A stretch of 64,000 nt of DNA, taken from positions 55,490,001 through 55,554,000 of the forward strand of contig OZ365110.1 in NCBI GenBank assembly GCA_977030845.1, given 5' to 3'. Both the position numbers and the translations under genes were made by a program. The notes under the pieces are model-generated. The model was not told the origin of the DNA. It worked only from the letters and a program-made list of their open reading frames with translations, and ran no database searches. The first letter of the stretch is position 1. Each line of letters starts with the position of its first letter. The stretch comes from Fimbriosthenelais zetlandica (taxonomy: Eukaryota). Positions 53,211 through 64,000 of the stretch are shown here, one piece after another.

Positions 53211-56200
53211 CTTGTATGGCCTACATTGAGGGACGTCCTATAGGTGTAGGGCACGCAGAGGGGGGCCTGTTTGGAAGAGAAAGTCTAGTCTCTTGGTGTC
53301 TGTTGCTTTTGTATTCTGACCCAGCATCAAAGGGCCGGGCAGGGCTGGCATAGTAGGCTGTCTCTGGCCTGTAAACGCGGTCTAAACACGGTGAATAAAG
53401 GCAGCCCACAGCCGCCGATGACCGGGCTAATTGCCAACAAACACATCTCAACAATCGTCGTAATGGCCGGCCTTTCACATACAGAAAGGTGGTGACGTAA
53501 CGTTATGAAATGATCGAGAGCAACGGATGGACCGAAGTGTCTCTATTAAGTCAGGTCTCACCTAGCCATGTGGAAAACTGATGTTTTCTTTACAATGGGA
53601 GGTCTTCCCGGCCAACTGCAGTCCATTAATTTAGACACTCTTTTACAATGTCAATTATTCTAAATCTGGGCCGACCTATACAGGGCCACTTTTTCCATCA
53701 GCGTTCGTTTCCATTATTCCATTGTAATCTTTTTTGAACTTTCGTTTCTCTCACAAGTTGTTCTTTTATTTGTGTCAAGAAATGCCAATGAAAAGTAGGC
53801 TACCAAAAAGCAAGTTGGTGGACTGAAAGATCTTGCGAGACACGTGGCACTTGTTGCCTTGTATGTGGATAAATGCGTATCAAGTCAAGATGATTTAGTT
53901 CCCAGACAGTACCAGTGAATTCCCCCAACCACTTCCTATATTACCACATAAACCGCGTCTTGATGAAGTTGGAGGACGTATGGGGGAGAAGGAATTGTAG
54001 CAGGGAATTTTTCATCGTTGGCAGAACGGTCTTGTAGGGAATCACATGGCCTGAGGGAGCAGTTAGTGGGAGAGGCAGATTTATACCACTTGTGGGAAGG
54101 AGGAGGAAGAGGGAGAGAGTATGGCTGGCAGCAAATGGGGTTTTTACACCATGCAATGTTGTCTCTACTTTAGATAAAACGAAGAGGTACACCTCCGGGA
54201 TATGGCTTCATATGTGTCCAGTCTAGGGAGGGAATGGCTTCACCAGCAAAGAGCCCTTCGAGTAATGCTTCTTACTTTGTTCGCATTTAAGGGCTGCATC
54301 TCAAGTCTTTGGAAGGCATTTAGACTCCAGTTCCAACTGGAAGTTTGTGATAAAATAGGCAATACAGGGAAAATGAAGCCAGCCGCCTTGAGAGTCAGTC
54401 AGCTTGGAGAAAAAGAAGCCACTACTCTAAATGATACAGGGCTATAGACCCGGGGCTATAGAACGCCTTCCAAAAGTAGAACTGGGAAGCCAGTGGGCTT
54501 TATGCCCGAGGCAGTGTTGGTGCAGTCATGCTGGGTCATGTCACAGTGGTGCCGAGGCAAGCCGAGGCTGGCCGAGGTTGAGAGGAGGCGGGGAGATGGT
54601 GTAAGTGTGAAGAGAAGGCAGCAGGAGGTGCACACACCTTAGTGTGACGGTCACAGGTATAACGTGCTCTGCTTCCTCCCTCCCCCGTCCGCCATTCCCT
54701 TCATTACCTTCATTATCGCCCGTCATTGGCGACGATAGCGCCACGCTCGGCGGCGAGAGAGAGAAATGGAGCGGCGCTGGGCTGACTTCTATTACACGCG
54801 CTAATAAATAATTTAGGCTCTTTCTCCTCATCTCTCAGTGTCCATCGGGCCAGATTAGCCTCACTACTGACGGCTACGAGCTGAGATTCCTAGCCAAGTC
54901 GCCTCCTGTGTCGGTTAGAGGGCTTTCATGCAAGAAATGCAGGCCAGGCTCCGGGTTAGGGCACGGCACATCAGTACGTGTCTATGGTGAAATGTGGGAT
55001 ATCTATAGCTTTAATGTACTACCTTACTACCTCCCCGTGTCCAAGTCAGGTCACGTTCTCAGCCTCTCTTGTGAAATGCAAATTACTTCTCCCACATCGT
55101 GAGAAATACAATTAAAAGCATTTTTTATGTGCAAGGATGTCTAATTGGTATTTTAATTAGCACCAATCTCCGAGTACAGAACATACTTTTTCCGTAAGAT
55201 TTAAGCCATTATACTCTAACAACCAGAGAATGTGAACAAATGAAATTAAATTGAAATTATTTGTCCATTATTCTAGTTGTGATTTGCCCGGGTGCTTAAT
55301 AAGTGTTAAGCGAGTGATTGAGGCTGATAATTGCTGGGTTGACACTGTATACCTGTAACATACAACCTCGCCTATACACACCTGTAAAGATGGTTAGACC
55401 AAATTAGACTGGCTTCGTGAAATACAATCATGGGGTGAAAGTGGGGTGACACCAATCTAAAGGTGAGGAGGACTCGGGGGAGTGGGATGAGATATTATTG
55501 TCTTCTCATCCCAGCTTTCTATGAGACTGTGACACTAGGCAGGTGAGGTGTGAAGGCATTCATGCAGATATCTGCCCATTATATTATACTATCCACGTAT
55601 ATAACGTATTATCAATTATAATAATTATATATAAAGACAGTAGACGCCGGGGGAAGTACGTTATGTACTGGCATATCATCATTATGAATAAAAATGCATT
55701 GTTTTCATTGTGTAAGGTCTCAATGCATTAGAACTATTGGGAAAATCCCCCATTAACGCCCACTTTCAAAAGCTACCGGACAAAACGCGCTTTGACAAAG
55801 TCCGGGGTTGTTTCCTTCGCATAAGTGCACGGCAGAAGAATGTTGTCTATTGGAAATGCTTGCCAATGAAGATGTTCACTTGTTCACTCAGTCTGCTTGT
55901 TGATAATTATACAGTGCCAAAGCGCCCATCCATCTGTGCTCTTCCATATGCTTCAGGGAATTCGACCGAGAAGGTTCTCCGACGAAAATAGTGTTTTCAT
56001 AAACTTGGCACAGTGGCTCGGCTATTTGCCTTCCATAAAGTGTTTAAAACGGTGGAAAATCGGGTATTCAAGCCCCTGAATGGCATTTTGCACTCCCAGA
56101 AAGGCAGTAATTGCTGGTGGGACTGAGGGGAGAGAATCCCAACAGGTATACCCTGTACATATAAGAGCTTCATGTGGATTCAATACCAGATATTTTCAAA

Positions 56201-58716
56201 ATGTTAATAATTCAAATAGTGCTTCAATGTATTGAAGTAACATCTGATTTTGAAATTGATTTCGATCATGATTTAGTATCATGTCCTATCAACTATCAAG
56301 GACCCTGATTGGGATTAAGTTGACCTGCCACTAAACCTGACCTAAGAACATCAATGCAAAGGCATGTAAAAGGCCGGGAGTTGATTCCAGCGTGGCCAGC
56401 AGAATACTGCAGGTGACTAGGTCAATGGAGGTTGGACTCAGATTTGCTGGTCAGATGGGCTATTACGCTAAGTGGGTAGGAGGGGTGTGGGAGCAGGAGG
56501 GTCAACGACTGGCCCTCCCACTAGAAGACCTGTCCTTACTAATCCACTGTCATGATTTGAGGTCTGGACCCCTCAATATATTTACTCAGCATTGCCCATA
56601 ACGGTATTAGGCATCGGATACACTCTCCCGAGGCCGCCAGCCTGCCCGGATCAAGGCTCGTTAAGGCAGTTTTCATGTTTCCTGGTCAAAACATGGCCGC
56701 GCGATCTTAGACTGATCTACCTGCCTATATACTGAATTCAATACTGTCTATAGAGGCTGGATTTCTAGGATCCTATCATACAATCAATAAAGAGTATTCT
56801 ACAATATGAAGCATGAAGTCTGCTTTAAGATTAATCTATGAAAGGCAAGAGAAATGTATTTGGAGGAAAGGGTTTCTTGGGTCCCGAGAGAAAGAGTTAA
56901 AAGATTTGACATCGCCTGTCCCAGATGGAGAAGAAGCTTGTTGTTGCCATTTAATCTCAAGGGCAAACACTTAAATGCTTGGACGGGACAAGGAAGGGTT
57001 CACAAATCCATTTCTAGACTTTTGTTTTGCTAAGGTTATCCAACGCCTAATACCCAGTCCCTTTAAGCCACCCGAGTGGGATTTTGTCGCCGATTGTTTT
57101 CGACACTTTCTCAATGAACTTCTCTCTATATATTGCCTTGGGAAATGACACATTTCCAAGACCATTGTGTAGTGTTTTGCTAAGGTAAGAAGGCTAAGTT
57201 TGTGGGCTGGGCAAAGATGAAAAGTAAACAAGTTGGTGGAGCATATTGGGTGACGATCAGATGCAGCATTGCCTTGTATTACTGTAGTAGGGATGAATGA
57301 AGCCACTTGATGGCAGGTGCAGGTATGGGGGGGGGGTGGGGGTGGGGGGGGGGGGGTGGGTACGGGGTGGGGTGATAAAGGGGCACACACTCCTCAGATA
57401 ACCCTATCACAGGTATATACAACATTCCTGGCCAGGTAACTGGCTCTGATGGAGTTAATTTTTGTGATTACGAAGCGTGTAAAGGAATGGCACAAAGGGA
57501 GCATTGGGAGAAAGGAGCGGACGCAAATACGACGTGTCAGAGCAGAGCAGGGTGAAGATATTGGATATGGCTTCTGTGGAGAGTCTCTTATATCGAGTCA
57601 GGCTCTCGTGAAATAAGCACCGAGAGGGAAGGACATTGTCTGAGGCTAGAAGAATACACATCACTGTGGGCTTGTGTATTATCTATGGCCCACCCCACAC
57701 GTGTACTTCAAGCTTACATACAGGCCCAAACCACATCCCATTTTCTGCAATGATCCTTAACAAAAATGACATCCTTGAGGCTTAAAATCAAAGTCCATGA
57801 TGTCATCTTAAAAGCAATGGTCGTGATCTGATGATAAAAAGATGGCCTATATAAAAGCTCCCCGTCCTCAACAATGTCTATAACACACAATAAAATTTCT
57901 CAATCTTTTTAAGGATGAAAAAGTCGGTTCATTCACTGAGACGATCATTGTGTTCAGGACTTCATTGCATCCATTAACGAATGTGAACTAAAGGGCAAAG
58001 TGAGAATCCCGTCCAATTTCCACATCAAAAGGACTTTCAAGCCACACCAGTCATTCATGTGGAAGCCTGATCCCTATTCTCATATGGCAATAATAAAGCC
58101 AGGCGCCTTAAAGAAACTGAGCGTTTTCTCTCCTCATCTCCTTCAAAAGACTAACTATATGGGTGGTCTCCCATTCATTGTGTAACTTCCCCAAAAACTA
58201 TTTAACAATAGGAAAATGAAAGTTCCCCTTCTCCATTTATACACAAGCTCTTTAACTCCTGATCAACTGTGATATATAGACTTGGATCTTAAATTGAATA
58301 TTTATCTAACGCGGTCGAATATGCCCTCAAGTTATTGGATGAAAGGGGGTTAATCATAGACTAAAAGTGATGCAAATATAGGGGGATGTGGTGCTAAATA
58401 TAGCATTCTATATTGGCTGAATGAGTGGGGGTAGGTTGTAGTAGTGGTGGTGGTGGCGGTGTCGGGGCTAGAGTTCTCCCCCGGGCTATGGGTCAGGAGG
58501 GAGGCGGGATGTGTGTACACAGAAACGGCAGGAGACGAGAGAGAGAGAGAGGCAGGTCTAGTCCTCCCCCAGGGGATGATCCATGTGAGGCGGATCAGAT
58601 CCCTATAGTGGGATGTAGATTATATAGGATGTCAGCTGATACATTAGATACAGTCTGATGTCTTTATCACCCCCCGCCAGGTGCGGAAAACCTCCTATAT
58701 TGGTGTGAACCGACGA

Positions 58717-58822
58717 GATGAGGCAGATAGGGCATATATGCTATATATTCTCTACCTAATACAGCCTATATGATGAGGCAGATAGGGCATATATGCTATA
58801 TTCTCTACCTAATACAGCCTAT
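58717..58822. repeat. About 55-bp tandem duplication
   Basis: gatgaggcagatagggcatatatgcta(ta)tattctctacctaatacagcctat x2. Confidence 0.85.
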
Positions 58823-59435
58823 GAGATACTGATTCTATACAGATATGTTCTATATATTATGTTTAATTCCACTGTTATATGTCATACGTTTATCAGGAAC
58901 GCAGGTGGGAAGGGGTGGCCCTCAATCAGTTGTGACTCAAATTATGTAATTTAGTCAAATAAATGATTCTGTAAACTGAGTTCCCCACAACTCCACATTC
59001 ACAGACCTCTCTGCAATATTTGTAGGCCTATTTGACAGATTATGTCTATCAAATGTATACCTATTTATACCTATTTTTTTAAAGTATGGAAAATTGGTCC
59101 ATAAATCACAATTCAGCTGATGAACTTGGAATTTATTTTGTTTCTGATTAGCCAACTGATTAGCAAATCCCATATGTAGATGTCCAAATTTTGACAGGGC
59201 CCATTCACTCATATGGAAGATAACCTTATGCTAAGGAATAGCCGAGCTTATGCTTCTGGCTCCATCAAGATCATTGGTGGATATCAATATACAAACATCC
59301 AGTGTTATGTCTCAGGAGTCGGTGGCTTCACAAGTCTGATCAAACACCACTCTCGCCAAACACCGATAAACGAGACTTGAAACGAGAAGAGGCGAGATAT
59401 ATCTGAGCGATAAAAGGGGGGATGGCAAAGGGGAG

Positions 59436-59521
59436 AAAATGGCGGCGTTTCATAGCGACGCACGAGTCTGTGCTATGTAAATATTTGCATGTTTGAATGG
59501 TCCCCGGTCGTGACAACAAAG
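59436..59521. promoter_or_regulatory. CpG-rich patch with YY1-, Oct- and Sox-like motifs
   Basis: AAAATGGCGGCG (59436-59447), ATTTGCAT (59483-59490), AACAAAG (59515-59521). Motif match only. Confidence 0.25.
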
Positions 59522-60877
59522 GTTATTGCCGACGAGGGAGTTGAGAGGCGCGATGTTACAACTTTGTAGGCGGCCATGAGCGACCATTGCTCCTTGTTCG
59601 CTGAGCATCGCTTGGCTGGAGATCATTTATCAACAGCGGTGACTGCCACTTGGCTTCTGTGTTCCTATTGAGGCTTGACAAGCCTGCTAACAAATCATGA
59701 TCATGTACTTGTGGAGCGAAACATGGACCTCACAGCACCTCCTAAATAAAAATGCCACAGTTCAGAGTCCGGCACTTGAGAAATCGTGATCCAAGTCAAA
59801 AACTTGGGCTTCTGGGATTTAAATAAACACCCATAAAACTATCCTAATAAAGTATGTTATTGTCCCATGTGTGTAATGAAATGAATGGGGTTTGCCTGCT
59901 CCATCAAGAACTTTGGTTTGTACCGTCTTATGTATGGACAGTTAAAGGGCCTATGGCTTCAGAAGGTGCTTCAAAATTGGCTTCTTTTATTTTTTGAAAC
60001 CTGTAAAGGAGTGAGTGAGGAATATGGATAGAACTATAGGTCTGTATGGAAGGTGACATATCAAGAGGTGATGGGTCGATCCGCAAATAGGAGGAAGACA
60101 TAGAGAAAAAATCGAGACAGTAAGACAAAAAGAAATACAGGAAGGGTGATTATTTGTACCATTTAGCTATTTCTCTGCTATATCCGGGAAACACTTTTCA
60201 GTACACATTGGCCTGCTTTTCTTACAGCAATCAATATGGTTCTTTTACATGCCTTTCACCATAGACAATGTGACTTGGCTGGCCTTTGATAACCCAATTA
60301 GCAAGAAAATAAATGGAAATACAGAAGAATGAAAGGAAAAAGAAATGGGTTAGACCATGTAGGCTTATAGTAGGATATAGACATGTGGATGGGTGGATGA
60401 TGAGTGGAGTGAAGGCAGGGTAGCATGTAAAGCCCACCACTGTGAATCATCCTGTAGGGGGGGTTACTCATGTGTATACTACACCTCTAGTTAAGCTGGG
60501 ATACACCTGGCACGAGGGGCCTGGATGCCGCCCCCCCCCCCCACACACACACACACTGTGAGCGTCCGCCCGAGTCACTCACCTTCCACGAGCAGATAGG
60601 CGTTAAGGTGTCTCAACCGGCAGGCCAAGTTAACATGATGAGTACCAAATCCTGCACTCTACAGCAAACCGCAGTGAATTTACTCAAATTTCTTATATAT
60701 ATATATATCCAGATCTATGTGCCCCTCTATTTAGTATATCTTTGGGAGAAAAATATATTGTTTTGGAAACATATTTCTGAGATGGTCAATTATGACAATT
60801 TTTATTTGATTATTATGAAAATTTCCACATAAAAGTAGCTTTATAGCATATCGAATGCAGCAACACTTGGGTCACGA

Positions 60878-60943
60878 AGCCAGTTTCAAAACAATGATTG
60901 CCAATGTTAAGTCTATGGGAGACTTCTGCAATGAAACAGGCCC
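60878..60943. mobile_element. MITE family A copy
   Basis: gccagtttcaaaacaa...aagtctatggga...tgaaacaggccc. Confidence 0.6.
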
Positions 60944-63900
60944 AAGTGGCTTCACTTCACACCAAAACTGCACTCTGGTGAAGTTGCAAACTTGTTGAGT
61001 ATTCAGTACAGCGCGACCCAATTAGTTTTTAATGCAACTTTTACAATCAGTCTCACCTTCAAAGGGAGGGTATATAGTCAGAGATTGTGGCATAATTGGC
61101 CTGATTTCACTTTGCCTTTCAATGTACCCGTAATAAGCCATTACTCAGGTTCACGATTGCCCACAGTTGGAGGGCGATGGGGAAGCTTTCACCTTCACTC
61201 GTCCACCCATTATCTGATCCTGGGCGAGTGCTTCAATACTACATTGAGTGGAGTCTTGACGCCTTCTGGCCTTGTTCCGGCCCATAGAACACCCAGCCTG
61301 AAAAACAGGCGACAAACAAGGCCCAGGGTGGTGAGCCAGCAAGCAGCAGTCCACACCACCCGACCATTGTCCCTGCCCGACCATCCTTTTAACTGTTTCT
61401 GTGGGAGTGGGAGAGTTCGGGGGGCATCTGCGGGTGACAATAGACAAAGCCGCCCCCAATTAGAGGGGTTAAAATACTCCCCGGATAGGAACAAAAAGCA
61501 GAAGTTATACAACTCAGCTATCCAGGTTAACACTTGACCTCCCAGAGCTCAGCAATATCAAACGATGTGATTTTGTTTTGGTGGTAAATGCAGAGAAAGG
61601 TGCATGAAGTTGCTATACGAATCGGTGAATCGGTCTCCATACTAGAAAGGTGCAATATAGAGAAGTGCCTGTAGTCAGTAGTCTCCCAACAGGGTGAGAG
61701 AAGGGAAGGTAGTGTTCAGTTACAATCCACAAAAGATTACCCTGGATTGTCAAAGCTTTCTCCTTTTATAAGAGACGACATGAATACAGGGCATTCCCCC
61801 TTCTTCTGCTCCTGTAAATGCACTTCTCCGCTTTTGTCTGATAATTTTATTGATGTGTATTTGCGGGCAAGGATCGCTGCCAACACGGAGCAGACAATAG
61901 GGGAAAAAGCCGTGAAAGACCTGACTTGTTCTCGCGTGATTCTCATGCCGCGAGATTCTTCGATCGATACCAAGTCACACGGGCGACGAGAAAGAAAATA
62001 AGAGTCCATTCCTTCCATCGCTTTTCAGGCACACCCAATATAGGATATTTCCAGGGTTCTTCATGGGGTAAGCTGGTATCATTTGCCTGGCATAGTGAGA
62101 GCACCTGTACTAGGGGTTACTGGTAGGTGAGATGTGGACCCAGGAGGAGGAGGAGGAGGGAGGTGTAATTGGAGTAGGTACGGCTATGAGTTGGTCACAC
62201 AAAGAGGACATGAATAAATTAATAGGGAAGGTTTTGATACTGAGTTGAGAGGGTGGGTCGGGTGACAGGGAGCAGACCTGAGGAGGCAAGACTAGCTTCT
62301 ACATAATGCATCACACACCTATGGCCTGACAGCATCAGAAAAAGTACATCCATCTCCAGATGCATTTTTTCTTGTGATTTTTGGATCTAGGATAATAATT
62401 CCATTAAAACATTGCATCTTAAAAGGTCTTCATTCAAAATAATTGATAGACCTTAGCAAGACTATAGCGAGCTCATGGCCATGTTTTTTAGGTGGGGGTG
62501 TCGCCATGTCTCTTACATTTAGGATCGTACATGCTCAATGTGAAGACGACATGTGTGTAGGGGGAATCAGTTTCAGACCCCTGTAACGTCAGACTGGCCC
62601 GGGAACAGATTGCTGTTTCAATTATTCGGGTCAATACTTGGAAGGGTCAAACACAAACAAATTCGGTCAAGTTCCACCAAATTGACACCGCGAGGGTGGT
62701 CCAGGGATGAGCTAGTGATATTATTTAATGCATAATATTGATCGTGTTTAAGTGTATGTATAATATATTCCCAGACCATTTAAGATTGCAGCTTATAGGG
62801 TAACATGTGGTGGTGAAGATCTAGTTCAAAGAAGCCCAACAAACAATGTAATAAAAGACCATGTCCCTAATCACCGAGCTCTCATTCTGTTTGTATTTCA
62901 CTGTCCCTTGTTTTGAGAAAAGCTGAAATTTCAGTCGCTTATGTAAAGAAAGGGCTATTTGAGACCTCGGAGTGAAGGGCCTCACCGACAGGTGTTGGGA
63001 CTCCATATAGAAGGCCCTCAGGCCCTGAAGCCAGAGGGCAGTTAACGTCATGCAATGTGACTATAATCAAGATGTGAGCGACTTGCTCCCCATAACCTTT
63101 GTAATACATCTCAACACTTTCACCTTTATTTACTCGGGCTGAGATGAGGGTAATAAATACCTGAACATAGCTTTTACCCCTGGTCTAAATACAGTGCTTC
63201 AAGGGGAAGCCATTTTGTGCTCTAACATCTCGGGTCATTCCAAGCGTTAGAGGATGGTGTTTTCCTATTATATAAACCACAGACCGTTGAATGTTTCAAA
63301 GATGAACATCATAGTTAAGGTCTTTGATGGTCGAGTCTCTGACGGTTAGCTTGGAGATTTTAAGCCACTCTCTCTGACATTGCTTATAAACATACGGGTC
63401 TCTCATGGGCACCGCACGCTGCCGTCACTGGGGGAGATGGTTTGACAGCCCCTTTTTGTCCCCTCTCATCCCTCAAATTCATCCATCATTCCCACAAGCA
63501 GCACACTTTCAAAATCGCCCCGTATACAACTTTAAAGGAGGAAGATTCTACCAGGACATTCCAAGTAAGCCAGGGTTATGTTTTAGTCCGATAACAATCG
63601 ACTCAAATTGGCTCAACTTCCCACAAAAAAATCCACCAGAGCTCTGAAGTTCTCACTCGAGTCAACATTTCCCTTTTTGCAAGCCAGACTGTAAACGTCT
63701 GCTAGTCATTTCTAGTTAGGGGAGATTTATCGACATTAGATTTTTACGAGAGCTATAAATCAAATTAAAATTGTTATAATTTTAACGCTCGTGTATATGG
63801 TTTGAGGCTGTGAATATAATAGAGCCTTATTGTGGGAGTAAGTAGGCATTATTGAAGCATTAGCTGGATCAACAGACCCAAACCAAGTGAGACCAATTCC

Positions 63901-64000
63901 TGGGTGGCTAACTAGTCTAGGCGGGCCTCTCCTCCTCCCCCGTAAAAACCCCCAATGATCAAGTCCTTTCCCCCTGCTGCTTGATATTTCCCCCCTGTCG

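Noticed and set aside
60576-60658. Third copy of exon 5 (shares the 14-mer cactcaccttccac, i.e. GTGGAAG|gtgagtg, with exon 5a)
   Set aside because: Similarity stops after the last few codons; there is no AKSKNGG or PAGRRK. It also lies upstream of exon 4, the wrong position for an exon 5 copy.

Overview
Eukaryotic (animal) genomic DNA: AT-rich, with few CpGs outside short CpG-rich patches, many GA/CT and poly-G tracts, and two N gaps. It is probably from a marine invertebrate such as an echinoderm or hemichordate, but that is inference only. The only recognisable protein-coding locus is the 3' half of an AP-2 (TFAP2) transcription factor gene on the minus strand. I located five coding exons with canonical splice sites (36936-37134, 26173-26291, 25787-25905, 17881-18022, 13165-13447), and their intron positions and phases match vertebrate TFAP2A exons 4-7. 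The main observation is that the exon equivalent to vertebrate exon 5 (basic DNA-binding region) is present as two tandem 119-nt copies 267 nt apart. They differ at 30/119 nt: 16 synonymous codon changes and 7 mostly conservative amino-acid changes. Including both or neither creates an early stop, so they behave as a candidate mutually exclusive exon pair giving two DNA-binding-domain variants from one gene. A Harbinger-type MITE with 62-bp inverted repeats begins about 10 nt downstream of the second copy's donor site. The rest of the window is intronic or flanking DNA. It holds two MITE families, a tRNA-derived SINE, a polarised 44/49-bp minisatellite, microsatellites and several motif clusters (helically phased CRE half-sites, a CArG+ETS element, AP-2 consensus sites). 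The N-terminal AP-2 exons (PY motif) were not found. No prokaryotic features or CRISPR arrays are present.
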